A DNA stretch of 63,875 bases, filler included, from Rozella allomycis CSF55 (Eukaryota), in assembly GCA_000442015.1 (NCBI GenBank). It is 9 parts of 9 records of this genome, joined end to end, with 100 filler letters (N's around TTAATTAATTAA, not from the genome) between each part and the next. Parts side by side here need not be neighbours in the genome. Positions count along the whole stretch, not along the records: positions 20,415 to 30,116 come from KE561178.1; positions 30,217 to 37,392 come from KE561182.1; positions 37,493 to 48,301 come from KE561186.1; 6 more parts are not named here. The stretch is one strand, 5' to 3'. This document shows positions 27,401 to 39,450 of this stretch, in pieces. The notes beneath the pieces are model-generated. The model ran no database searches, was not told where the DNA came from, and was given only the letters and a program-made list of their open reading frames with translations. Numbering within the stretch: position 1 is the first letter of the stretch; each line of letters starts with the position of its first letter. A program made the translations under genes and the position numbers.

Positions 27401-29234
27401 TTATTCTATTTTGACTTCTTTGGCTTGTTTGTCTTGTACAATTAGCAACTTTTTATGATACTTAAGTAAAGATGGATCGTGAGAAATTGTAATGAATGTA
27501 ATATCAGATTTAGTAAGTTCTTCGTACATTAAATCACGAACATTACGGTCTATACATGTAGTGCTCTCATCGAGAACTATTCACAAGAAAACTTTGTCTT
27601 TACATGCTATTACAGGCCTTTTATAAAGTACTCTTAAAATTAGCAGCTTTTGCATATCACCAGATGACAATTTGAAATAGTCGTCTTGGCATTCCTTTGA
27701 GGAAAATATGCCCCTAAATATTCCACCCAGCTGAAATTTTTCATTATACTTGTTCAGAAACATTAAGGAGTCTTTCAAAATTGACCTTTTTGGTTTACTG
27801 TTTAATGAGACTTGATTAATCGGATCGGGGTAGGTCAGTATGTCTGTAATAGGATGATTCATTAAAAATGAAGCATCAGGACAAAACAATATGAATGGTC
27901 TTTCATATGAATATGAATCATTGATTTTAATTTTCCCGGCGTCAAGAGTCCAAATATCCGCCATGGCTCGTGCGATCGAAGTCTTTCCAACACCTAATTG
28001 TTATAAAAATCACATTTGCTACCATTGTTACCATTAATTAACACACTTTCATTTTTATTAATATCTAAATAAAGATTAGATATCAAAACATGTCCTGATG
28101 GATCTTTTAATGTGCAATTCTGAAAACTTATTAAGGGTGTCATCAAAAATTCATTTTCAATGTTTGAAGCGACATTTAATTCGTCTTCATAGTTTATTAA
28201 GGATTCTACTCTATTCTTATATCCCAAAAAGTTTGAATATTCATTGGCCAGTTCAAGAAGTTTTGTTAATGAATTGATCAAATACATTGCAAAAAACGAA
28301 TTCTTGGACAAAAGGGCACCCTTCTCTGATGGACTCAAATGATCGTAATCATTTGACATAAATGAATAACCGAGAATTAGGTAACTTAAAATTGACCCAA
28401 AGTACGTCATGAACTTTGTTTGTCCTTTCAAGAAAAGAGATGTCCTAATTACCTTCTAATAATGATTCGAATCCAACTAATCTTTTTTGCAAGGCCACTG
28501 CACTGGTGAACAGTGAAGATAACTTTGCTCTTTCAGCATCCTCGCCCCGATAAAAGCAAATGTTCTCATATTCATCTTTTACCAGACAGCTATAATGTCT
28601 ATTGACAATTAATATTTAAGATTACCTATATTTCCCTTCAAACTTTTCTTTTTCATTGACGATGTTTGCAATTTTGGGTACCAATATATTGGAGATTAAA
28701 GTGCCAATCAAAAAATATGAATAAATTAATAATGGGCCAAAATATGTCATGTCTCTCCAACATATAAATGTATAGAATACAATCTGCAATGGTACAATCA
28801 GGAATTGCTCCAACAGTTTTGCTTTACTTTTAACCAATAAATCCACATCTGTTGTCATTCGATGGTCACTTGACAAAATTTTAAATGAAATCATACATAT
28901 TTTCAAATTTATGTATAACTTTTAACATCGTACGAGAAATATATCGCTTTAAAATTCTTTCTGTATAGTTCTTCCGAAGGCGTATTTCAATTATTCCCTT
29001 CAGGTAAAAACTTGATGCAAATGCCTCGTTCATTATGATCTAATACTTTACAATGCTGATTGCAATTATTAGTAATGATAATTTCTGTAGCAAAAATATG
29101 AATCCCTCACGATCCTTTGCTGGAAGAATCACAAAAAACTCGCTGATTTTCGGCATCATTAAATATATAAAAACTTCTTTCAATAGTAGGATGATTGCCC
29201 ATAATGCATACAAGAAATTCACATTAAGGGGCAT
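27401..29234 (-). CDS. ABCD4-like half ABC transporter (multi-exon; start uncertain)
   Basis: EVFIY..SEFFVIL..KDREGF N-terminus resembles ABCD4; DHRMTTDVD, EKEKFEGKYR, Walker A GNNG/VGKTS split by an intron, signature LSSGDMQKL, Walker B VLDEST. Confidence 0.85.
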
Positions 29235-29255
29235 ATGTACCAAGAAATTTGTGAA

Positions 29256-29966
29256 ATGCCAATTTCAAAGTAAAATACTATCGACATTTCAATAGAGTTT
29301 ATTTTTTCCCAGCATCTAAAATTTCTGTAGAAGAAGCGAAAGAATATATATCAGAGAGTATCACAAACATTTCTGCTTGGGACTTGAAGATCAAACTATA
29401 TCTCTCAGATATTTCTCATCAAAAGACAGAGAAAGAAAATAAAATATGGAATAGTGACACTAAAAACTATTATTTATCCAAAACTTCGTGCTTTCCCAGT
29501 AAGAATTTTGTCATTTGCGGAAATTCAATACTTACTGGCGATGAAAAACTGGAACAACTAATCGAGAAAACTAAGGCGCTGTATATATTTCGGCATCAGG
29601 TGTCTGTGGAAGTAATTACAATTATTTGCTAGGAAAGGGGATCACATGCGATATAGGAAATGATTTACAAGTTAGAATAGGAAGTGTATCCAGCTCATCG
29701 TCTACGGCTGGATTGGTTATAGAATTCTGTCATCAAGCCATAAATGATATTATTGGATACAAATCTTTTGAGAAAACTATTTATCAAAAATATAAGGAAC
29801 TTTTTGATTTAAATCTAGCCAAAACGCTTGAATTGAGCGAAGTTTTAGAANGCTTGAATTGAGCCAAGTTTTAGAAACTCCATTAAAAGTTGATTCCAAA
29901 ATATACAGCCAAGAGCATTACATTGTTCATTATTTGACAATTTTTAAAAGGGAGAACGTAATCTAG
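29256..29966 (+). CDS. MED20: Mediator subunit 20 (Srb2)-like
   Basis: Spliced MPISK/VYFFP..WDLKIKLY..RHQVSVE/GKG..GNDLQVRIGSV..GLVIEF..YSQEHYIVHYLTIF fits the Med20 pattern; two short introns. Confidence 0.72.
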
Positions 29967-30216
29967 CTGAAAATCTCAATAAAATGGCTGATAAACTTTA
30001 AGTAATATAAATTCCATCACATTGACAGTTTATAACTTTTCCGACAAGATGTTTCAACACCCAATGGCAAATAATCGCACGCAAAATTGTTTAAACTATC
30101 ACTGGGGATGTCCAACNNNNNNNNNNNNNNNNNNNNNNNNNNNNNNNNNNNNNNNNNNNNTTAATTAATTAANNNNNNNNNNNNNNNNNNNNNNNNNNNN
30201 NNNNNNNNNNNNNNNN

Positions 30217-32094
30217 ATTGTTTAACTTCCTTAACTCCTTGTTTAACTCTTTCAACTCGCCCTTCAACTTTCACTTTAATTATTGAATTATTTTTAGAAA
30301 TCAAAATTAATTTCTTCAAACTTGTGGCTAAAAATTCTTCTTTTATCGTTAAAACTTCAATCGCATTTTTATTCTTCAAATTAAACTTTTTCAAAATAGT
30401 TTCATTCTTTTCTTTCAATATCAAATAAAAATAATCTCTCGTTAAACTTAAATTAAATTTTGTTTCTGAAACAATTCTATTTTCAATAGAGAAATTCAAT
30501 AAATTATAAATCACCAATTCATTTCTATTAGAAACAAACAAATAAATATCCTTGTAAAACTCTAAATGAATCATTCTATCAACATTCTTCATCGGCAACG
30601 TCTTTATCATCAAATTATTCTCAGAATCCCAACACGTCAAACTATTCTCAAACAACACACAAATCAAACTCCCATCTCTTGAATATTTCACAAATTTACT
30701 CTTTTGCTTCTGATACGTTGAAATTGAAAAACAAACCCACAAATTCTTCTCCTTGTCATACTTCCACTGCTTGAAATTTCTTTCATTCGCTGACGTAACA
30801 ACCTTATCACCACACACATCTATACAATTCACATCCTCTTCATGCGGAGAATGAATAATCGTATTAATCTCATATCTCTTTTCTTCTTCATTATACTCCC
30901 AAAACTTTAACTTTCTATTAATCAAATTTATTGAATTGTCATCTTTCCTAGTCTCAAATGTCACAAGCCACTTGCCGCCAAATCCAACCTTCTTCACATG
31001 ATACATCAGCCCCTCATTCTTCTTGCCAAAACTACTACTCACATAGTTCTGCTCTGACACATCCATACTAAACATCTCCCTATTATCCTCCAATGAATAG
31101 AACTGCAAATGACCAGGTATAGTCTCAAACACAGCAGCTCCATTCACAGGGCAAATAGCCACAGAAGACGCATTCCCCAACTTTTTATTTCCAACAGACA
31201 TGAAATTAATCGCCTTTTTAATCTGCATCCCAGCAAACTTGAACACTTTCACAGAATTATTCATCAACGCCACAAATATCATCGACTCATCGCCACTCTT
31301 CCAAATACTCTTAATAGGTCCTCCCAATCTAGGCACAAACTGTCTCGTCCCATCCTTCAGTCTCCACACAACCAACACAGACTCCAATCCTCCAGTCATC
31401 ATAAAATTCCCACACTCGCTAAACTCTACCGCCGACACACTCGTAGAATGCCAATGGAACATCTGGCTCGTCTTCTCCTCATAGTTCCACAAATGGATCC
31501 GACCAAGCTTATCCTTCAAACAAACAATCCTCTTCCTCTCAAACATCCTAATCCCATCAATCGGGAAATTATAAAACGTGCGCTGTCCAACCATCCTCAA
31601 TCCAGCCTCCCCAATCTCATACAAACTACACATCTCACTCTCGCGATCAAACACCGCCATCTTGTCGCCCTGCACATCCACATAGAAACTAGGCGGCAAG
31701 TCACAATANACCACCTTCTTGTGCAGCTTCTTGGTATTATACGTAAAAAACTCTTCATCGTTAAACGGATTAACCGCTAGCCAGCTGATTCGCAAGTCAA
31801 ACGACACCTTCCACTTGACCTCCATGTCCTCGATCCAGTACACAGTACCCTCGCTGCTCACACACACCAAGACGGCGTTTTTATTCGGATGCCAGAACAT
31901 ATTCACAGGGCGGCCGTCCAACTCTATACGTCCCATAATCTCTTCCGTTTCTACATTCACAACTGAGATGCTCTTCTGGCATGGGCAAAATATATATCTA
32001 ATATTAAAAATTATTTCTACACATACTTGCCGTTGCGGACACTCAGGCCAGCTGCTTTTGTGACATCTACAGTCTCTTCTAAAGAAAATTCCAT
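30217..32094 (-). CDS. UTP17: WD-repeat U3 snoRNP protein UTP17/Nan1/WDR75; 3' truncated
   Basis: FHWH..V..VEFS..G..MTGGLESVLVVW..RQFVPRLG, LKFW..YEINTIIHSPH; short first exon at 32094. Confidence 0.92.
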
Positions 32095-32210
32095 TCGACC
32101 AGGGTTAAAAGTAAAACGGCATGAAAATGGAACAAATGAAATGAAATAGTGATATGATTATTTATTTATTTTATTTATTTCAATCTTAATATTTCAATTG
32201 TTTTATTCTC

Positions 32211-32525
32211 CTAGTTATTTTTGTCAACCTTGGCCTTCAAATTCCCAGAAAAGATCATCACAAACGCCGCAAAGACCAGCACCGCACTCAAAAACAAGAC
32301 AAACGGTATCACCACAATCTTCAATGCGACAGTCTGCTCCATGAAATACTCGCGAATGAAATGCTCGCGGTCAATGAATGGCTACAACACTACACGCACG
32401 CACAGTTACCAGAATAAGCAGCCAGAATATATAGTAGCTGTACACAGTAACACTCACGGTGAATATCAATTGGCCGAGGAATCGGTCTGACAGTCTCTTT
32501 ATGAATAGCAGGAATTCAATACCAT
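32211..32525 (-). CDS. DPM2: Dolichol-phosphate mannose synthase regulatory subunit (3 exons); absent from the ORF track
   Basis: Spliced M/RLSDRFLGQLIFTVSVTVYSYYIFWLLIL/PFIDREHFIREYF..VIPFVFLSAVLVFAAFVMI matches DPM2; 26- and 28-nt GT-AG introns. Confidence 0.9.
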
Positions 32526-32573
32526 TCTGAGGGATTGGTAAATTGGATTTTGGGGTGGCTGTGACAGCGATTG

Positions 32574-33543
32574 ATGGAGAGTTTTAGGGCTTATTTAAAG
32601 GGAACTGGTATGAAAGAATTTGATGGGTGATTAGGAATGTGGATCAGTGATTATGCCACACAAAGGAATTTTGGAATTGCTTGTGCCGTGTCGACTGCTC
32701 TGTACGTTTGGTTTAGAGAAAAGAATGAGTATAATGGAAAAAAGATATTAAATTTATTCAAATATAGAAAGGGGTCGTCTTTTACGGGTAAAAAACTGGC
32801 AATCGCTNGACATTTTGGATATCAGTTTGTTGATAAAAATGACGAGGTTGGGGATGGTTTTTAATGATTTGTAGAGAGTTGCAAGAGTTGAAAGGATTGT
32901 GAGACGATTGGAGAATGCTGTTAATAAAATTGGAAAGTAATGAAATAACAAAATTTATAATGGAAATGATGGGAAACAATGGAATGTGTTTGTGGTGCAA
33001 GGAAATTTAAAGAAAACTATTGTAATGGAAAATGCGATTATTGCATTTACAGGGTTGTTGGATGTAACAAGGGATGATGATGAATTGGCTGCTAACATAG
33101 CTCATGAGGTAAAGATTATAAACAAACATTAAAGATTTCACATGTGCTGTTGAAGCATGATGATCAAAACTGGTCAATAACAGCGTTATCAGGGTTGGTC
33201 GGGGCTGCAACAGTGTTTACCAATCCGTTTTTGAGAAAATTTAATTTATACTCATTGGCAACTCTAATTGTGTTTGGAAATTTGTTTCTTTTGCCGCGTG
33301 ATTTAAAAATGTATTTTCATTGATGTGATTTGAAAGGATGCGGAATGAACTGGAGGCAGATTCACTTGGCAAGAAAATTATTGACAGAGGAGAATTTAAT
33401 TCTAATGGGATACATAAATACATAAATGTAAGTTTAAATAGGCACATTAAGTAGAATGAAGAGTTGAAATATCCATTCTTTTCAGTTGAGCGACGATTTA
33501 CTCCACATTTAGTTTGTTATGCACCACTTTCATGGAGAAATAA
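32574..33543 (+). CDS. Peptidase M48 (Oma1-like) zinc metalloprotease (multi-exon; ends uncertain)
   Basis: RVERIVRRL..WNVFVV..FTGLLDVTRDDDELAANIAHE/ISHVLLKH (HExxH split by a 26-nt intron) and RNELEADSLG. Confidence 0.8.
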
Positions 33544-34379
33544 GAATATTTCATAAAATAAATTATTTGATCGTCTTTAATTTAAATATTACTATATATT
33601 AACGGACAATGGAACATTAAGGTACAAAGGTTCGCAAAAAATACCCGAATCTGGACAGTTTTGTTAATAGTTTCTTAGAGCAATTTTGAAAGCGCATTTT
33701 ATTAAAAGTTTAATATTGAGCTATAACTCTATCTTAATTTTTGACCCTGGAAGTGGCAACTCGTCATGCCATCAAAGNTGGGGAATCTTATTTATAATTT
33801 TTTGGATGTGGCGAGCCTTACCTTCATCAACATTATTTGTTTCGTCGAAACCATCAACTGTTGGGCACGACGGTATTCCAACTAGTGAGTGCATGTAGTT
33901 ATTGAGAGTCTCCCAATCAGTGTAAACTTCTTTGCTGACAGGTGGANTTTGTGTCGTCGAAACCATTAACTGTTGGGCACAACGGTATTTCAACAAGTGA
34001 GTGCATGTAGTTATTGACAGTCGTCCAATCCCTATAAATCTTTTTACTGACAGGTGGCAATGTCATGAAGTGTGACCGGGTCCCTGGTACAAATATTTTT
34101 AGGTTGGCTTGGCCAACTAAGCCGCAGCTGAAACTCCCTGACATATATCTTAAGGTACTATCAGAAGTACTGAATACAATAATAACATAAGTCGATAAAA
34201 AGTTAATGAAAAATTAATGAGAACTTCAAATATGAAGTTAATACAACATCACTTCGATTTGTATATTATGTTGTCTTACAGTTAACCGGAGCACACACAA
34301 ATAACTAATATTGTATGGGTCTGTCACAATACCTATATCGAGCTGTTGCAAATGATGAAAACCTGGAGTTAGGAATTTT

Positions 34380-35570
34380 ATGACTTGGTTTATGGCAATA
34401 ACAACCNAGATTTTTCATTTATCAAAACTAGGCGAGGATAGCCCAAAAACGGAATCATACAATGAAAATATGACACACGAAATAAGTTTTTGTTATTCCA
34501 ACCCGCATCTGAAACGTACATACTTGGTTAATAAAGACGAGAAGGTGCTATCAGCAGTAAATATTTTAGCTCTGCGGTTTTTTCAAGAGTCCGCGTTAAA
34601 GAATTTCGAATTCTCAAACTTTGAATTGAGTATCGTCCCAACAGTAAGAAACGAGAGCGTGACCGTGGAACAGCTCACCCGCCTGAATGGAGGTGCAAAG
34701 CCTGTTGTTTTGGTTTCGCATAAAAATTCACACATGACCGCTGATTTGATTCAAGCGCGCCAAGATCTCCATGCTCGTGAGGTAATGGACACTGGCCATT
34801 CTGGCCGAGTTCTTCCAGATGTTCCAAGTGAATTACACAAAATTCCTGCATGGTTAAATGAAGCAAGAAAGATCATGGAGATTTGGAAGCATGAGTTGGA
34901 TATAAAGAATGTGGAAATATCGGAATGGAAAAAAGAGCTTAATCAAAAGAACATGGAACTAAAGCGAAAGAATGTTGAGATAGCACAATGGAAAAAAGAG
35001 CTTGATCAAAAGAACATGGAACTAGAGCGAAAGAACATGGAACTAGAGCGAAAGAATGTTGAGATAGCACAATGGAAAAAGGAAATTGATGAAGAGAATA
35101 AAGAAATAAAGGATTGGATGTTGAAGACGAATTTAGAAATTATGGAATGGAAACAGAAAGAAAATCAAAAGAACAAGTTACTTGCTCCTATTTATATTGG
35201 GTCTGCTCTTGAAAAATATTTGATCATTTATCTTGAACTGGACAAGAAAACACATTTTCATGACATGAATATAGGTGGTTTTCTAAAATATGCTAGTCAG
35301 GAGCAGCTGGATGAATTGGATAACGTTTTGAAAGAAAGGAAATCTTTTATTACTGTTGAAAACCTAATGTCTTATAAAAGCATCTGGGACGAAAGAAAAA
35401 GAAATTCAGTCTCGCGTGATCCGCCTTTCTTTAAAGAAGAAGTTACAAGGTCTATGTCAATCTTGGGAATTCAAGGCGATGAGGGATTAGAACAAATAGT
35501 TAATATCTTGTACAATGAAAAAGGGTTTTTGGAGGCACAATATTTCAATTGTGAGTATGACTCGTACTAA
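34380..35570 (+). CDS. Hypothetical coiled-coil protein with heptad tandem repeats
   Basis: 396-aa ORF; near-exact 21-nt and 63-nt repeats (KNMELER, KNVEIAQWKKE) at about 34900-35085; true start uncertain. Confidence 0.7.
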   Translation: MTWFMAITTXIFHLSKLGEDSPKTESYNENMTHEISFCYSNPHLKRTYLVNKDEKVLSAVNILALRFFQESALKNFEFSNFELSIVPTVRNESVTVEQLTRLNGGAKPVVLVSHKNSHMTADLIQARQDLHAREVMDTGHSGRVLPDVPSELHKIPAWLNEARKIMEIWKHELDIKNVEISEWKKELNQKNMELKRKNVEIAQWKKELDQKNMELERKNMELERKNVEIAQWKKEIDEENKEIKDWMLKTNLEIMEWKQKENQKNKLLAPIYIGSALEKYLIIYLELDKKTHFHDMNIGGFLKYASQEQLDELDNVLKERKSFITVENLMSYKSIWDERKRNSVSRDPPFFKEEVTRSMSILGIQGDEGLEQIVNILYNEKGFLEAQYFNCEYDSY

Positions 35571-35625
35571 AATTGATTATCAATTAGCAATTAAAGCAAT
35601 TAAAAAATAAAAATCAAAAATATGT

Positions 35626-37392
35626 TTATTTTCTTAGTTTGGCAATGTTATCGTTGATGTATACAATGACAGGGTCATTTTCATCATAGAGGCCAGTAGC
35701 GAATAAAATTTCCTTTTCTTTTAAAAGTCTTTCAATGTCATCATTAGTTGAATCTGAAGAAGAATAGACTTTCTTTTTGTGTCTTCTGTGTCTTGAGAAT
35801 CTTTTGTTTTCCATTTCTTTTAATATTTTCATTTCATGTAATTCTAATTCTTTCATTCGTTCTGCTTCTCTAATTCGTTCTACTTCTTTAAGTCTTTCTA
35901 CTTCTTTAAGCCTCTCTACTTCCCTTTGACGCTCCAACTCTTTAACTCTTTCTGCTTCCCTTGCACGCTCAAATTCTTTTAATTTTTCACATTCTTTTAA
36001 TGATTTAACCCATTCAAATTTATAATGCTTTTTAGATTTAATTGTAGAGTTTAATTTACTTTCCAATTCATTATTCTTTTCCATTAATTGATTAATTTGA
36101 TTTAACAATTTAACGTCAGGGATTGTAGAATATTCATTCTTTAGTCTTCTATTCTCTTCTTCCAAGTCTTTAATAACTTTATTTAAATTTAGTAATTCAT
36201 TTTTTAAAATTGATTTATTTGATTCTAAATCTTTAACTTTATTTTTTTCTAATTCTAATTTGTGTTGATATTCTTCTTGGATTCTTCTAGCTGAATCTTT
36301 AATTTCAGTTAACAAACTTTTTCTTTCCTTTTCAAATTCTGAAATTTTGGAATTGATTTCATTTTCATTTATCTTTATTTTTCTCTCTCTCATTTCTAAA
36401 TCTTGTATTGTTTTCTTTATTTTCTCTTCCATTAAATTAAATTCAGTCATCTTTTCTAAAATCTTCTTTTCTCTTTCCTTCTCTTTCATTTTCCATTCAT
36501 CAGCCAATATTTCCAAAAAGTTATTAACCGACTGATTTGAAGCAATATTTGAAGTCGGAAGGTTTGAACTGACTTGATTTGAAGTAGTTTGATTTGAAAT
36601 GGGATCCTTGGTAGTAGAATTGTTTAAAGTATTAGTAGAATTGTTTGAAGTTGTATTAGTTTGTTTCACTGCATGGTTCACTGTGTTATTTAAAGTAGGG
36701 CTTGCTGTAGTGGAATTGATGTGTGAAGGTCGATCTCCCTTTAACCGTGAATCATCAAAATCAACTTGCATCGCTGAATCAACATTTTCATTTCCAATTT
36801 TATTCTTTCCTGTCACTTTATTATTTTTAATGTCCAACTTCAATGCATTACTCTTACTTCTTGGTGACTCAACCTTCTCTACTTGTTTAACTCTTTCAAC
36901 CCCTGCTTCTCCACCTCCAACTGGCGAATTGATTATTCCTAAATCTTCAAAAATCAATTCATATCTCAAATCACAAATCTTAATAATCTTTCCATTCTCA
37001 TTTTTCGCCAAAATTCCAACAACGCCATGATAGACCCATGCAATACCTTTTTCAGTCTTTTTCGATTCTTGCAAATAAACATCCGCTAATCTAACCTCAC
37101 CAATGCCAATAATCTCATCTTCTTCCTTTGAACACATTTCCACTAAAATTGGTACATTAACCATATAGTTTTGTATCTGTGTTTCTGTCATTACAAACTC
37201 ATACGAACAAAATGAATTGTCGAAATGCGTTTGCTGTGAGCGCGAAATTAAAACTGATGGGTGAGTCTTGAACGTTGCATGAGTGCCAAATGGGGAATAC
37301 AAATATCTCAAGTAAATAAAGCTATTTTGAATATCAACGTTATGAACTGATTTTAAATCTACCGAATATTTATAATGGTGAAGCATATCGGA
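35626..37392 (-). CDS. CEP120: Centrosomal protein CEP120-like (third C2 domain + coiled coil); 5' truncated
   Basis: HHYKYSVDLKSV..LRYLYSPFG..T.P.V..SFCSYEF (C2C), KHYKFEWVKSLKE, IERLLKEKEILFATGLYDENDPVI (CEP120 C-terminal motif). Confidence 0.88.
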   Translation of the reverse strand, partial: SDMLHHYKYSVDLKSVHNVDIQNSFIYLRYLYSPFGTHATFKTHPSVLISRSQQTHFDNSFCSYEFVMTETQIQNYMVNVPILVEMCSKEEDEIIGIGEVRLADVYLQESKKTEKGIAWVYHGVVGILAKNENGKIIKICDLRYELIFEDLGIINSPVGGGEAGVERVKQVEKVESPRSKSNALKLDIKNNKVTGKNKIGNENVDSAMQVDFDDSRLKGDRPSHINSTTASPTLNNTVNHAVKQTNTTSNNSTNTLNNSTTKDPISNQTTSNQVSSNLPTSNIASNQSVNNFLEILADEWKMKEKEREKKILEKMTEFNLMEEKIKKTIQDLEMRERKIKINENEINSKISEFEKERKSLLTEIKDSARRIQEEYQHKLELEKNKVKDLESNKSILKNELLNLNKVIKDLEEENRRLKNEYSTIPDVKLLNQINQLMEKNNELESKLNSTIKSKKHYKFEWVKSLKECEKLKEFERAREAERVKELERQREVERLKEVERLKEVERIREAERMKELELHEMKILKEMENKRFSRHRRHKKKVYSSSDSTNDDIERLLKEKEILFATGLYDENDPVIVYINDNIAKLRK

Positions 37393-37744
37393 NNNNNNNN
37401 NNNNNNNNNNNNNNNNNNNNNNNNNNNNNNNNNNNNTTAATTAATTAANNNNNNNNNNNNNNNNNNNNNNNNNNNNNNNNNNNNNNNNNNNNCAATATAT
37501 GGAAGCACAAAATCATGATTCGGAACTTCAAAATGATAATTAAACCTCTACATCCTTCAAAAAATTTTCAATGCATTTAGAAAACTCTGTAATTTTTCAA
37601 GAAGTCGAAACTGTTTTCATAACATTTGGCACCCTTTTATCCAAAAAAGTTTATGTGTAGTTAATTAAGGGAAAAAACACACAATACAACGTATTCGAGA
37701 ATAGGATTCAATTGGCCTCATATAAATATTTTGTATCCATACAC

Positions 37745-38280
37745 CTCCCATTTAAAAAGGAGCGTTTATTAATACAAGTGTTTCTCATATATAGTGCTAA
37801 TTAGAGGCTTGGATACGTTCTGATGAGAATTTGCCGGCTGAAGTCGGCACAACTTGGACAACATTCATATTAAGTCGATGTTCACGGAATTCGGAGAAAT
37901 AAAGAGACTTTGTTAGATAGAGCGACATATTCAGCGTCACAGATTACGAGTGCTACGGTAGCTTGCTTTTTACTGCACCAACTTACACATGAGTCACCAA
38001 CGAAAAGCAGTATCCGGATGATGATCGACGTGTATCCATATCCCCGGCCCAATCCGCATCATCAAAACCGGTAAAGTTCACCGTATTTCCTCCCAGGACC
38101 AGCTTATAATCTAAAGTTCCTTTTACATACTGCAGGATAGGTTTCAAAGCGGTCCAATGAGTTTCAGAAGGTTGTTCTTGATATCTACTTATTTGACTTA
38201 CTGCTTGTGACATTTCTGGACTTGAACAGGTGGCAAGATACTGAATTGACCCAACAATGCCCAACGGCTAAATCTATGCA
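37745..38280 (-). mobile_element. Ty1/copia RT-RNase H remnant
   Basis: VGSIQYLA..P..AVSQISRY..P..HW, DADWAGDMDTRRSSSGY, W.SKKQ.TVA.S..AEY. Confidence 0.9.
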
Positions 38281-38559
38281 CACCTGGGGTGAATGAACAC
38301 CCCCAGTTCAAAGTACACGTATTTGAATGAATGTGATTGGATGGTGCTGGGCTGCGCCGTAGTGGCATTTGACATGGATTTATCATGGCTGGCTTGGGAT
38401 TAACTTAGAAAATATTTTGTTCTACTTCAACAAAAATAAAAAAAATAGTAATGCTTAACTGAATTATTAAATGTTATCTGTCTTATCAAAAATCCTATCC
38501 GGTAATATTCGAGATACCAAATTTTGTATAGAGTGCAACTTTGCGAAGAGCTCTTTTGC

Positions 38560-39450
38560 TTCTAAAATAAATTGATCTTGCCATGCCACGTATTGATTAT
38601 ACTTGTAGCTTCATCTGGAAAGTTCAAAACGAAAGATTCATGTATTTGATCAGGTAATACTTGAATTGAAGATACAAATTGCTTGGCACGACATCAGTTT
38701 ACATATAACATCATAGCCCAGAGCGATTTGAGTATTTGAATACATGTTTTTAATATCTCTTAAAATCAAGACTGCATACTTGAGCCCTTCTCCCTCATCA
38801 ATGTCTCTAAAGCAAAAATGTGTTCCATGGGCGCGAATGCAACCGAGTCAAAAACAGAATTTATTGTTTAAGTGTTTCCATGAGTTGCGTTTTATGGGAA
38901 TGTCAAATTGAGCTACAATTACCTTCTATATTGTATACAGAAGGTTCCCTTTTAGGTACATGGACCGCCCCAATTTCAACAATGCTAAATGAAACGCAAC
39001 CGTCGGAGTCACCGAAAAAGCTGGTATAAAGTTCTGAGCAAGTAGTTCGTTCACGGGCATCGCCGACACGACACGTAATTTCACCCGTTTACGGTAACCA
39101 ATAGAATATTCGTCATTGGCTCCGTTCCTTTCAATTGATATTCTTGCCTTTCATTAACAACTTAGCACATCATCATACTACTCTCATGCAATAAACCATG
39201 ACTGTTACGGAAAACGGGATTTAATAGGCAGGATGTAGTTGTGCATCGGCAATTTCCAGGTTCATGACAGTCAAAGACAGTACATTTTCTACCGCTCCAT
39301 GTTTTACTTCTTATTATTGTTTTTAGTAAGTCTGGCTTGATTGATATCCAACGCAATCACTTGTTCCCATTTATTATGGGAACAGGTATTTTCCTCGCAT
39401 TCAGTACTCACATTATCATATAAATCTTCAGCAAGTTCATAATCAAAATT
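38560..39450 (-). mobile_element. KDZ (Kyakuja-Dileera-Zisupton) transposase remnant with CxC1-like region
   Basis: Minus frame GCIRAHGTHFCFRDIDEGEGLKYAV..IALGYDVICKL (38690-38845); upstream ELLAQNFIPAFSVTPTVAFHLALL and Cys clusters. Confidence 0.75.

Noticed and set aside
33700-34144. Two similar peptides PPVSK..Y.DW..NNYMHSLV.IP.CPTV.GFD
   Set aside because: Separated by n joins and not assignable to a family; probably two paralogous fragments collapsed together, too weak to annotate
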